Positions 38,158-47,523 of a stretch of DNA of 64,000 nucleotides are shown here, piece after piece (position 1 is the stretch's first letter; each line of letters begins with the position of its first letter). Under the pieces are notes generated by a model, which searched no databases, was not told the origin of the DNA, and was given only the letters and a program-made list of their open reading frames with translations. Source of the DNA: Trueperaceae bacterium (GTDB lineage: Bacteria; Deinococcota; Deinococci; Deinococcales; Trueperaceae); NCBI GenBank assembly GCA_965215565.1, contig CBDCDZ010000004.1, positions 2,624,001 through 2,688,000 on the forward strand, written 5' to 3'. Both the position numbers and the translations under genes were made by a program.

Positions 38158-38760
38158 TCAGTTGCTTTCGCCGCGCACTTGCTCCAACATCCCACCTAGC
38201 TCGTCGTAGATGCGTTGCAACTCGCTCAGCGTGGCGTCGTCTACGTTCATCGCGCCGTCTGACGTGTCGGACTCGAGGCGCGTAATGAGCGTGCCCAAGT
38301 CGCTATAGCTGCTCACGAGTTCACCCAGGTCACCCGGTGTAGACGAGGACATCGCGCCGCCCGTCATGTCACCACCCGTCATAGTACCTCCGGTCATATC
38401 ACCGCTAGCCATGTCGCCACCTGTTACGTCGCCACCCGACATGTCACCGTTCGGACCCGTCATGCTCGCCGCGTCGCCGCCTGAGAGGTCGCCGCCTGTC
38501 ACGTCATCCGCGCCGCCAGCAATTCCGTCAACCGTTGCGCCGCCCGTCATGCCACCTGTTGTAGCGCCGCCCGTCGTGCCCCCCGTAATGTTCTCGGCTG
38601 CCTCTAAGTCGCCTCCGGTCATACCGCCCTCCCCGACGAGGCTACCGCCAATTTGGGTTTCGCCCCCGGTCGTATCGCCCCCGGTTGCGCCGCCCGTATC
38701 CTGCGCGGAAACGAGACCCAAGATAATAAGCACGGCTAGAAGAACGCTGACTGATTTCAT
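38158..38760 (-). CDS. Secreted low-complexity protein with (D/A)xTGG repeats
   Basis: Signal peptide, many TGG/SGG units, short helical C-terminus. Confidence 0.75.
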   Translation of the reverse strand: MKSVSVLLAVLIILGLVSAQDTGGATGGDTTGGETQIGGSLVGEGGMTGGDLEAAENITGGTTGGATTGGMTGGATVDGIAGGADDVTGGDLSGGDAASMTGPNGDMSGGDVTGGDMASGDMTGGTMTGGDMTGGAMSSSTPGDLGELVSSYSDLGTLITRLESDTSDGAMNVDDATLSELQRIYDELGGMLEQVRGESN

Positions 38761-39021
38761 ACAATTGCCCCTTTCAAGACGTTCGTGCAGTTCAAAGTTA
38801 TGGGAAAAGAGTTGAAACGAAGAGGTGCTGGGGCGCTCGTCACCGATTTGAGATTTGCCCAGCGCACCAAAAAACTACCCCCGTAGACTTCAGTTTGTTC
38901 TTAGGCTAAGGGAACAATGTGAGATATTTTGCATTTGAGATTACGATTGGGTTTCATTAAGTTGAGGTTCCGCCGGCGTTGAAGCTTTAGGGACATCAAG
39001 GCTCGAGGGGCACCAAAAGCT

Positions 39022-39891
39022 CTACCAGCGGTAATGCCGAATATGCTCCCCGCGCCTCGCAATTTCGCTCATAGACTCGATGCCAATATCTAGGTGAATA
39101 TCCGTGAAGGTGCTGAAGACCTCTTTCGCCGACGCCTTCGTCTTGATGCCGCCCTTCTTGAGCGGTAAATCTGAAACGAGTAAAAGCGCCCCGATAGGCA
39201 CTTTGCTTGCGAAACCACCCACAAAGAGCGTCGCTGTCTCCATGTCGATCGCTAGCGCCCGCTCCTCATAGAGTTCCGCCTTGAACTTCTCGTCGAACTC
39301 CCAGAAGCGGTAATCCGTGGTGTGAACCACGCCCGTGCGGTAGTCGTAGCCCTTCTCCATGATGATCTGCGAGACAAATTTCTGCACTTTGAAGGTCGGC
39401 AGCGCAGGCACGCGGGGCGGCATGAAGTGTTTCGACGCGCCCTCATCTCGAATCGCGGCGGTGGGTACGATAAAGTCACCTACCTCCAAAGAGCGGTGAA
39501 GCCCGCCTGTAATCCCTAGAAAGAGCACGGCTTTGGGGTCTACGGTTGCTAACGTTTCGATGATAATTGCGGCGTTCGGTGAGCCGATAGAGAAGTTGAC
39601 GATCGAGACGCCCATCTTCTCGCTGTGCACTACGCTCATCGCCGAGCCGTGCGTCTCCGAGTCGCCGCACAAGGAGCGGAAGCGCTCCATGTAGTAGCCG
39701 AAGTTGGTCAAAATGATCTGCTTTTGAAAGTCGCCGGGAGACGTGCCCGTGTAGCGCTCCAACATATCCGCAGCAATCTGCCACTTTTTATCGTTGGCGT
39801 AGATGCGGTTGGGGTCCGGGAAGAGGTAGGGATTCTCTTTAGTTTCCTCTTCAATTGGATGGGCGATTTCTGCGGTGTGGTCACTGTCCAT
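39022..39891 (-). CDS. amn: AMP nucleosidase (short form)
   Basis: LERYTG, ILTNF, AIDMETATLF, GALLLVSD. Confidence 0.88.
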   Translation of the reverse strand: MDSDHTAEIAHPIEEETKENPYLFPDPNRIYANDKKWQIAADMLERYTGTSPGDFQKQIILTNFGYYMERFRSLCGDSETHGSAMSVVHSEKMGVSIVNFSIGSPNAAIIIETLATVDPKAVLFLGITGGLHRSLEVGDFIVPTAAIRDEGASKHFMPPRVPALPTFKVQKFVSQIIMEKGYDYRTGVVHTTDYRFWEFDEKFKAELYEERALAIDMETATLFVGGFASKVPIGALLLVSDLPLKKGGIKTKASAKEVFSTFTDIHLDIGIESMSEIARRGEHIRHYRW

Positions 39892-40027
39892 AGTCGAGGG
39901 TACGGGATTTAGGGATTGAGGGCAAGAGGTTGCACTTCATGTGAAAAAGTCGGCTTTGAATGCTCGAGGCTTTTAGCAATTGGCTTTTAGGTTTTAGCTA
40001 AAGGCTAACCGCTAAGCGCTTAAACAT

Positions 40028-40447
40028 TTAGAGATGCGGCGCAAGTTTACTTTCTAAAGCCCCCTTAGATAGCGCCCCCACCATCGTCTCGAGGGGTTGC
40101 CCGTCCTTAAAAAGCATCAGCGTCGGGATGCTCTGGACTCTATACGCGCTCTGTGTAGCGGGGTTTTCGTCGATATTAAGCTTGACGACTTTGAGTTTGC
40201 CTCGGTGTTCTTTGGAGAGGTCTTCCAAAACGGGCGCGACCATGCGGCACGGCCCGCACCAGGGAGCCCAGAAGTCTACGAGCACGGGTACGGGTGCGTT
40301 CAGCGCCTCTTTGAACGACGCATCTGAGGTGCTCTCGAGCCAGGGTAAGGTCTGAGCGCACCGTCCACAGACCGGAAGCTGACCCTCTGGAGAGGTCCCG
40401 AGACGATTTTTCGCGCCGCAGTTCGGACAAGTGATGAGGTTTGCCAT
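40028..40447 (-). CDS. trxC: Thioredoxin 2 (Zn finger + WCGPC)
   Basis: CPNC/CGRC plus WCGPC. Confidence 0.92.
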   Translation of the reverse strand: MANLITCPNCGAKNRLGTSPEGQLPVCGRCAQTLPWLESTSDASFKEALNAPVPVLVDFWAPWCGPCRMVAPVLEDLSKEHRGKLKVVKLNIDENPATQSAYRVQSIPTLMLFKDGQPLETMVGALSKGALESKLAPHL

Positions 40448-40450
40448 CCC

Positions 40451-41773
40451 TCACTCTAACGCCTCTTTGAACATCCCACCAGGTTGAAAGTAACGCACCG
40501 CCAGCGTCACCACGCGCACGCCCATGAGCGCGACGATACCCCACCACACGCCCGCCAAGCCTAAGCCAAGAGGCACGACGAGAAGTAAAACGAGCACCGC
40601 CGCCACTGCTGAAATCACCATCGCCCTAGCGAGATACGCAAAGTCCTCCGCGCCCATGAATATCCCGTCCCACACAAAAACAAGCGCGTTCAAGGGCTGC
40701 ATAAAGACGACAAAGGGAAAGACCGCGAGCACGAGCGCAATAACCTCTTCGTCTCCCGTGAAAAGTCGCGGCAAGTAAGGTGCGAGCAGCGCGAAGCCGA
40801 CGCCGAGGAACACGCCGACGCCCGAACCCCATACGAGCAAGCGGTTGGAGACCTCCCTTGCCGAATTCGCGTCATTCTCCCCCAAATACTTCGCCACCAA
40901 CGCTTGCGCCGCAATCGCCAGCGCGTCCACCACGAGCGCCAAAAAGAGCCAAAGCTGCGCGGCGACTTGATGCGCAGCAACCTCCAAGACGCCCACCCGC
41001 GTCGCCACCGCCGTCGCTAAGGTCAGCGTGCCGATGAGCGCGAAGGTGCGCACTGCAAGCTCCCAACCGATGCGCAGAAAGGGGCGGAGTTCGGCGAGGT
41101 TAGGGAGGATGAGGGGTATCTCGAGCCTCTCCCGCTGCTTCACCAGCAACAGCCACACAAACCAGAGCGCTCCCACCCACTGCGCAATGACCGTCGCCCA
41201 AGCCGCGCCCGCCAAGCCCCAGCCGAAGCCAAAGATGAACAAAGGGTCGAGGACGAGATTCACTAGATTGAGCCAGAGCGTAATCACAAATGGCGTCCGC
41301 GTGTCCTGATAGCCCCGAAACGCCCCGTTGCCCGCTGTGATGAGGAGCAGTGCAGGACCCGCCAGCGCACGAATCCGCAGGTACACGAGTGCAGGCTCCC
41401 GCAACCCCTCATCCGCGCCCATAAGGGTGAGAATCGGTACGGCGAAGGCTTGCAGGAGGATGAGCGCGAGAGCGCCCACGATGAGCGCCAGCGTGAACGC
41501 CTGCACCACCACGCGCCCCGCGCCCGCCCGGTCTCCCCTACCGATGGCGCGTCCTATCATCGGGGTGGTGCCGTACGCCAAGAAGTTAAAGACCACAAAC
41601 GCGAGCGAGAAGACCGAGATGTTGACGCCCAGCGCGGCTAAGGGCGTTGCGCCCAAGCGCCCGACGAAGGCAGTGTCTACCAGGGAAACGATGGGGTCGG
41701 CGGCGAGTGCGCCCAAGGCGGGGAAGGCGAGGGCGAAGATGGCGCGGTCATGTTTGTGGAGTTGAAAGGTCAC
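40451..41773 (-). CDS. MATE efflux protein (DinF-like)
   Basis: DTAFVGRLG, RGYQDTRTP, multiple TM helices. Confidence 0.92.
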   Translation of the reverse strand: MTFQLHKHDRAIFALAFPALGALAADPIVSLVDTAFVGRLGATPLAALGVNISVFSLAFVVFNFLAYGTTPMIGRAIGRGDRAGAGRVVVQAFTLALIVGALALILLQAFAVPILTLMGADEGLREPALVYLRIRALAGPALLLITAGNGAFRGYQDTRTPFVITLWLNLVNLVLDPLFIFGFGWGLAGAAWATVIAQWVGALWFVWLLLVKQRERLEIPLILPNLAELRPFLRIGWELAVRTFALIGTLTLATAVATRVGVLEVAAHQVAAQLWLFLALVVDALAIAAQALVAKYLGENDANSAREVSNRLLVWGSGVGVFLGVGFALLAPYLPRLFTGDEEVIALVLAVFPFVVFMQPLNALVFVWDGIFMGAEDFAYLARAMVISAVAAVLVLLLVVPLGLGLAGVWWGIVALMGVRVVTLAVRYFQPGGMFKEALE

Positions 41774-42402
41774 TTATTGGACTGTAAACCGACAGCGACG
41801 AGACCAGGTAACATTGTTATTGACTGGATGTTTGTTGAGAGAGAGCTCTTCAAGGTTTCTGGTAGAAGAAACACTGCACTTCTGCGGAGGTCATCAGCAG
41901 AAATTGAGTCTGCGTTAAAAATTCCAGACGCTTCTTCACCGATGAGTCCCAGACGGAAGGGAACTGATTGGAATACCGATGAGCCTATCGAAGCGAGGAT
42001 TTGATTAACTTCGTGCATCCACGGATTTGTGGCAGAAGATAAGGGATAGTCAACGGAATAAACAAGCCCCAGCATTCCAGTGGGTATACAAAGGTCGAGC
42101 CAATCTGCTCCGTTATCATCACTTTCGCGAACGACAATGCTCTCACAGCCAACTTGCAGACCATGACCTAATGTAAGAATTCCATGCCTTGGTAACTCGA
42201 CTTCACCAACAATTTTAGTTAGAGGTGGAGAAGTCTGAAAGTCATCTCGATCAGTCCACGAACCGTGAAGTTGAGGATGTGCCCAAAGACTATTAAGTGC
42301 TCTTAGGAGACGTTCGTCATCACCTTTTGGTCCTAACTCGAGACAAAGTTCATAGTACGAGCCGTACCAATTCTCTTTCTTCGTAAAAGTTTCACGGTTC
42401 AT
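41770..42402 (-). CDS. Hypothetical protein, lower GC, possibly immunity-type
   Basis: WYGSYYEL...DWLDLCIP...GLIGEEAS; stop overlaps the MATE start. Confidence 0.65.
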   Translation of the reverse strand: MNRETFTKKENWYGSYYELCLELGPKGDDERLLRALNSLWAHPQLHGSWTDRDDFQTSPPLTKIVGEVELPRHGILTLGHGLQVGCESIVVRESDDNGADWLDLCIPTGMLGLVYSVDYPLSSATNPWMHEVNQILASIGSSVFQSVPFRLGLIGEEASGIFNADSISADDLRRSAVFLLPETLKSSLSTNIQSITMLPGLVAVGLQSNK

Positions 42403-42409
42403 ATTTGAT

Positions 42410-42628
42410 CTACGCACCTAATAAGCATTCAAATAGAATACCTCTTCTCAACCTCTCGAGCCCTCCTACGACATCGCAGCAGAGGTATACCAAAAACACC
42501 AATACCGACATACATTCTGAGTCCAGAACGAAGAGGTCCGCACTCTCGACTGTGCCGCCCCACTCAGCGTATACGTTCCAAAGTGTTTCGATGTCTTCAG
42601 CAGCCGAGTCGGTGATGCAAAAGGTCAC
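42410..42628 (-). pseudogene. Truncated ParE/RelE toxin
   Basis: N-terminus ITDSAAEDIETLW is ParE-like; similarity is lost after ~35 aa; follows a ParD-like gene. Confidence 0.6.
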
Positions 42629-42912
42629 TAGTACGTGTCAGGTTCACGTTCAGCGCGGCGCTCTTTTATGTGGGTAAGTAGCTGCCGCGCAAACGCCTCA
42701 GCCTCTTCCGGCGTGCTTATCTTCGTTGAGCGTCCAGCGTCAGCTGCGTCAATACCCTCTTGCACTCGAGCACGAATTTCGGCGGTGCGTTCTTGATACC
42801 TTTGCCACAAGTCCAGAGCGTGAGCCACTACTTCGCTCTCGTCTGAGTATTCCCCTGTCTCCAACTGCTCGTCCACAAAGCGCCGCTGCTCAGGGGTGAG
42901 GTCTATCGTCAT
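42628..42912 (-). CDS. ParD-like (CC2985-type) RHH antitoxin
   Basis: LTPEQRRFVDEQLETGEYSDESEVV. Confidence 0.85.
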   Translation of the reverse strand: MTIDLTPEQRRFVDEQLETGEYSDESEVVAHALDLWQRYQERTAEIRARVQEGIDAADAGRSTKISTPEEAEAFARQLLTHIKERRAEREPDTY

Positions 42913-42955
42913 AGTTTAAGAATAGGCGTTTTCTCGAGAAGTTGCAACGAGATAC

Positions 42956-43303
42956 TCAGCCTTGTGGCTCTAAATGCGAGAGTTCCGTCCAACTTAGTGG
43001 AACAGTAGACACCATAAATGCCTCTTCCGTTTCGGTAAAAAGCGGATTGAGTTCTGCGCGTCTATATTCTTGCGCTTTCACTGAGTCAGGGTCAACGCGA
43101 ACCTTAGCTTGAATCGTCTCGTACTGCTCGAGGTCATCATACACCCACAACGCTGCAATATGATTGCCGTCCTCGGTTTGCCATCTACCGACTAAGCGAG
43201 CACCGTACCGTTTTTGAACAGGCAGCAGACGTTCACGGAAGAAAGCGTTGAAAACGTCTATCTTCCCCGGCGCTACTTTGTATTGTCGCAGTCTGAATAT
43301 CAC
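42956..43303 (-). CDS. NIPSNAP family protein
   Basis: RLRQYKVAPGK...YGARLVGRW...LWVYD. Confidence 0.8.
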   Translation of the reverse strand: MIFRLRQYKVAPGKIDVFNAFFRERLLPVQKRYGARLVGRWQTEDGNHIAALWVYDDLEQYETIQAKVRVDPDSVKAQEYRRAELNPLFTETEEAFMVSTVPLSWTELSHLEPQG

Positions 43304-43314
43304 GAGTATCCTAT

Positions 43315-44415
43315 CTACCCTGTCCTAAGTGGCACCACCATCGCCAAATAACTCGTATCCTTCAAACTCGCCAGCACGCTCGGGCTCGTCGGACCGGAGA
43401 ACGAAAAGCGCACGTCTCCATCCACGGGTCTCAGCGCACTCGCCAAGTAGTCCGCATTGTAGGCTAAGGCAATCTCCGACTCAGTTCCCTCTTGCGAGAC
43501 CTCTAACGCCTCTTGAGAGCGCCCGTACGCCCCCTCCGCTGTTATTTGCAAACTTCCATCCTTAATAAAGAGGTCCACGCGGTTATTCGCCGTCTTGTCC
43601 GCCATGACCGCTACGCGCGAGACCGTCTCTAAGAGCGCTTTGGCACCCAGCAAAATACTCACCGGAAATTGTGAGGGAATCACGCGCTCATAGTCGGGGA
43701 AAGTCCCTTCCATCAGCTTGACGTTGAGCTTAAAGGGACCGCTCTGTACCGAAAGTTGAGAGTCGGCCAGCTCGAGCTTTGCCTCCCCACTCCCCAAAAG
43801 CCTGCTGAGTTCGTCCACACTCCGCGCCGGGATGACGATGTCCCCGTCCAGCCCGCTCGCGTCCTCCATGTGATAGTACGCTAGGCGGAAGCCGTCGGTG
43901 GCAACAGCGCGTGTCCTCTTGTCATTAAACTCAACCTTGACCCCGCGAAAAATCGCCTGATACTCCGCTACGGCTGCCGCGTACCTCACGTGACTGAGCG
44001 CGTTGGAAAGCTGTGACCCGTCGAACCTACCCGCGTATCCCTCTGGAAAGGTGACCTCTGGGACCGTCGCGGCGTCAGCAAGTTGGAGTTTGGTGGCGTA
44101 GCTGCCGGAACTTATCTCGAGTTCCTTATCGTCAAACGTGAGTTCGACTAATTCACCCGGCAGTGCCCGCACGACCTGTCCGAAGACATGCGCAGGCAAG
44201 GCGGCGTGCCCACCCCCGGACACATCCGCCTGCACCGTCGCCTGGATGTCAATATCCATATTGCTGCCGCTAAAGGTGATGCCCCTCTCCCCCATCTGCA
44301 TGTTGATAAGGCTGAGCCCCGGATTGCTGCTGCGACTAGGAATGATGCGCTCGATGTTGCCGAGCACATCGGCGAGTTGTTTACGCGGAACCTGTACGTT
44401 CATAGAGGTGAGCAT
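43315..44415 (-). CDS. dnaN: DNA polymerase III beta clamp
   Basis: VATDGFRLA, GTFPDYERVIP, MVVPLR. Confidence 0.97.
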   Translation of the reverse strand: MLTSMNVQVPRKQLADVLGNIERIIPSRSSNPGLSLINMQMGERGITFSGSNMDIDIQATVQADVSGGGHAALPAHVFGQVVRALPGELVELTFDDKELEISSGSYATKLQLADAATVPEVTFPEGYAGRFDGSQLSNALSHVRYAAAVAEYQAIFRGVKVEFNDKRTRAVATDGFRLAYYHMEDASGLDGDIVIPARSVDELSRLLGSGEAKLELADSQLSVQSGPFKLNVKLMEGTFPDYERVIPSQFPVSILLGAKALLETVSRVAVMADKTANNRVDLFIKDGSLQITAEGAYGRSQEALEVSQEGTESEIALAYNADYLASALRPVDGDVRFSFSGPTSPSVLASLKDTSYLAMVVPLRTG

Positions 44416-44734
44416 ACCGAAAATCAGCGCGGGGAAAAAGCGGCTGTGGAAGAAACCAGAGGAAAGTGAAGTGGAAGAGGTTTTAAGAGGTTAGAGATAA
44501 AGAAGTCAATTTGGAAAGCGAGATATTTCTCAGCGGTCTCGAGGCTGACGAGTTAGCTTTTTAGAGAAGAGGTTGAACTATTTTTCAAAACGTCTTTTAG
44601 GTTTGAAAATTCTCTGAAATTGACCTCTTGGTTGTTCTCTTTTCAGCTTCTCTTTTTTCGTTGGTTTATGAGAACGCGCGTTTTCCCTAAGACTTTACGG
44701 TTGACGAAACGAAAATTTTTCAAAGGTTCTAATA

Positions 44735-44944
44735 CTCTATAGTAGGGCCTGTGGATAGTGTGGATAACTATGCTTTGCCCCGTCCAGGACAGCAAAGTGC
44801 CTGTGGATAATTTTGTGGATAACTCGCCTTTGCCTGTGGATAACTACCCGAGTTATCCACAGCTATCCACAGGCTGTGAAAAACCCCTAGTTATCCACAG
44901 TTTATCAACAGGATATCCACAGCTTATCCACAGAGTTATCCACA
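44735..44944. other. Chromosomal origin oriC: 13 DnaA boxes plus a DnaA-trio/GGCC unwinding motif
   Basis: Perfect TGTGGATAA/TTATCCACA at 44759, 44802, 44814, 44835, 44853, 44891, 44924, 44936; near-matches at 44750, 44863, 44875, 44902, 44913; ATAGTAGGGCC abuts the first box. Confidence 0.95.
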
Positions 44945-45166
44945 GGTGTAGATGTGTGAATTATTTGTTTGATGATAGATATACATGCTAATTTAATGGG
45001 ATTTGAGTGTTTTCATAGCACATTTTAATCTATAAAAGCACTCCATAGATGTGAGTGTAAATTTGGCAAGCCGTGCACTCAAAACTCATATTTCAGGGGA
45101 TGATTCACTTGGCTCGAGAATTACTGAATTTTAGAGCCTTTTTGCGGAAAGGCATTTAGTAGCAAA

Positions 45167-45598
45167 TTAGATAGGTTGATTTCTGATAACTAGACCGAGC
45201 TTTTGAGCCTCCTCTTTGTTTGCTTCTATCCAGTCATGACAGGAATCGCATATACCCAGAAAGTATTCAGGATTGTTATACATGTCCACATCGTTTACAG
45301 GTCGACGACCTCGCCTGTGATGAATCTGAGTGGCAATCCGCTGATTACTAAAGCAAGAAGTCTCTCTTAAAGTAGCTTCGCAGCGAGGAAATTCTGGTGG
45401 GCTCAGGTGTTGAAGTTTTTCCTGTAAAGTCTCTCCAGGAATATCACCAAAAGAACGCTTTAGATGATTCTGACGCTGAGCCAGATTTAATAGGTAAAGA
45501 GGGCGTTCCACTTTACGATAACGTTGATCTTGGCGCTTACGGTACTCACGCTCTTCAGGGGTAAAGGTACGCTTGGTTTTTGCTCTTTCAGGCAACAT
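45167..45598 (-). CDS. HNH-like (His-Me finger) endonuclease between dnaA and oriC
   Basis: CE...C...QIHHRRGR...GICDSCHDWIE. Confidence 0.72.
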   Translation of the reverse strand: MLPERAKTKRTFTPEEREYRKRQDQRYRKVERPLYLLNLAQRQNHLKRSFGDIPGETLQEKLQHLSPPEFPRCEATLRETSCFSNQRIATQIHHRRGRRPVNDVDMYNNPEYFLGICDSCHDWIEANKEEAQKLGLVIRNQPI

Positions 45599-45672
45599 GC
45601 TTCTAATTTTTCTTGAAAAAATGTATTTTCAAGGGTTATCAATCACAACACTCTCAATCCCGAGAGATGAAC

Positions 45673-47022
45673 TTACAAAAGGTCAGCCTTAATCGCCAAA
45701 ATCCGCTCTTCCAACTCTCTATCCTTCGCCATCTGTTCCGTCACCTTCTGCACCGCGTACATCACCGTCGAGTGGTCGCGTCCCGAGAAGAACTGCCCGA
45801 TTTCCGGGTACGAGTGCGGCGTGAACTCGCGGATGAGGTACATTGCCACTTGGCGCGGCACGACGAGTTCGTGCCGTCTCCCCTTTGAGCGGAGATCGCC
45901 CGCTTCCACCTCAAAGTGGTGGGCAGCAGCCTTAATAATCTCATCCATCGTCAGGTTGAGTTCGCTCGGCGCAAACACGTCAGAGAGGGCGCTCACAGCG
46001 GTCTGGCGGCTCAGTTGCGTCTGGTTCATGCTCGCGAAGACAATGACGCGCACCAATGCGCCCTCTAACTCGCGAATGTTCGAAGTCACTTGCCGCGCAA
46101 TGTAGTCGATCACATCAGGCGGAATCTTGACGCCGCGATACTCCGCGTTCATTTTGAGGATGGCGATGCGCGTCTCTAACTCGGGTGCTTGAATGTCGGT
46201 GATGAGCCCCCACTCGAAGCGGCTGCGCAGGCGGTTCTCCAAGGTGGGAATGTCTTTCGGTGGTCTATCAGACGAGAGAATAATCTGCTTGCCCGACTCG
46301 TAGAGCGCATTAAACGTATGGAAAAACTCCTCTTGCGTGCGCTCTTTTCCCGCGATGAACTGCACGTCGTCCACCAACAAGAGGTCAATGCTGCGGTAGC
46401 GATCCCGAAACGCGGTCATCTTGTCTTCGCGAATGGCGTTGATGAGGTCATTAGTGAAGGCTTCGGTGGTGACGTATTCGACGTGGAGTTTGGCGAAGCG
46501 GTCTGCTACGGCGTGACCGACAGCGTGCATGAGGTGGGTCTTACCTAGACCGGAGTCGCCGTAGACGAAGAGCGGGTTGTAAGCGCGTCCGGGCGCTTCG
46601 GCGACGGCGATGGCGGCGGCGTGCGAGAGGTTGTTGTTCGGACCAACGACGAAGTTGGTGAAGTTGTATTTCGGGTTGAGCCTCGGCTTATTGACGGTTG
46701 GCGCGGCTTCTTCGGACGTAGAAGGCGTATTAAACATATCTTGCTGCTCGGAAGGCTTGGCGGCGATAACCTGAAAGCCGACGCGGGGGCTCGGTGCGCC
46801 GAAGTGTTTAAGCGCTTCTTCTATGACGCCGCTGTAGTGATTTTTGAGCCAGTCTTTGGCGAAGGAGTGAGGGACGCCCAGCATAAAGGTTCCGTCCTCG
46901 ATGCCGAGCGGCTGTACCTGCGTGAACCAGGTACGAAACTCAACCTCGGGAATCCGCTGTTTGACGAACTCTAAGATATCGTCCCAGATGGGATCACTCC
47001 GTAATGTTGTAGGTGCTTTCAT
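45673..47022 (-). CDS. dnaA: Chromosomal replication initiator
   Basis: [40 protein letters not shown]. Confidence 0.98.
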   Translation of the reverse strand: MKAPTTLRSDPIWDDILEFVKQRIPEVEFRTWFTQVQPLGIEDGTFMLGVPHSFAKDWLKNHYSGVIEEALKHFGAPSPRVGFQVIAAKPSEQQDMFNTPSTSEEAAPTVNKPRLNPKYNFTNFVVGPNNNLSHAAAIAVAEAPGRAYNPLFVYGDSGLGKTHLMHAVGHAVADRFAKLHVEYVTTEAFTNDLINAIREDKMTAFRDRYRSIDLLLVDDVQFIAGKERTQEEFFHTFNALYESGKQIILSSDRPPKDIPTLENRLRSRFEWGLITDIQAPELETRIAILKMNAEYRGVKIPPDVIDYIARQVTSNIRELEGALVRVIVFASMNQTQLSRQTAVSALSDVFAPSELNLTMDEIIKAAAHHFEVEAGDLRSKGRRHELVVPRQVAMYLIREFTPHSYPEIGQFFSGRDHSTVMYAVQKVTEQMAKDRELEERILAIKADLL

Positions 47023-47135
47023 CCCTATCTGACCTCTATTCGCTCGCCGCCGGTTGCCCTTGTTGCCTACACAAATCGTTTACACAAAATATCTCGCTGA
47101 AAGTATTAGTAATCAGTATAAATCCTAAGTTGAAA

Positions 47136-47240
47136 TAGCGCAGGTATCATCACTAAAGGTGCGTGCTACATGACGCCTTACCTCGTGAGACTGGTCTGAA
47201 CCAGGTGAAATCCCGCTAGCCTAACGGCTGAGACCTGCTA
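47136..47240. repeat. Family A element, partial, in the dnaA/mnmG intergenic region
   Basis: GCGCAGGTATCATC...GGTGAAATCCCGCTAG...GAGACCTGCTA. Confidence 0.8.
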
Positions 47241-47523
47241 TAGAAAGGTAGTTTAACAGATTTAAGGTGAGTATCGGTTGACTCGAGTAAGGCGTACCAT
47301 CACGAACGCGGAAGGGTGGAAAGAGGTAGTTAGCAGTCAGCATATGAAGAAGTTTTTCACTCCTGGACTCTGAATACTATCTTCTCGTTTCTTCCGACCC
47401 TGCTACGTCTGGTATCAGAAAATATGCTAAGATGATACCTTATTTGAGGTTTCTCCTCGATTTCGAGAGAATCTTTCTATGTTTACAGCTAATACGTAAG
47501 CGTTCTAACCTAACGGAGAGATA

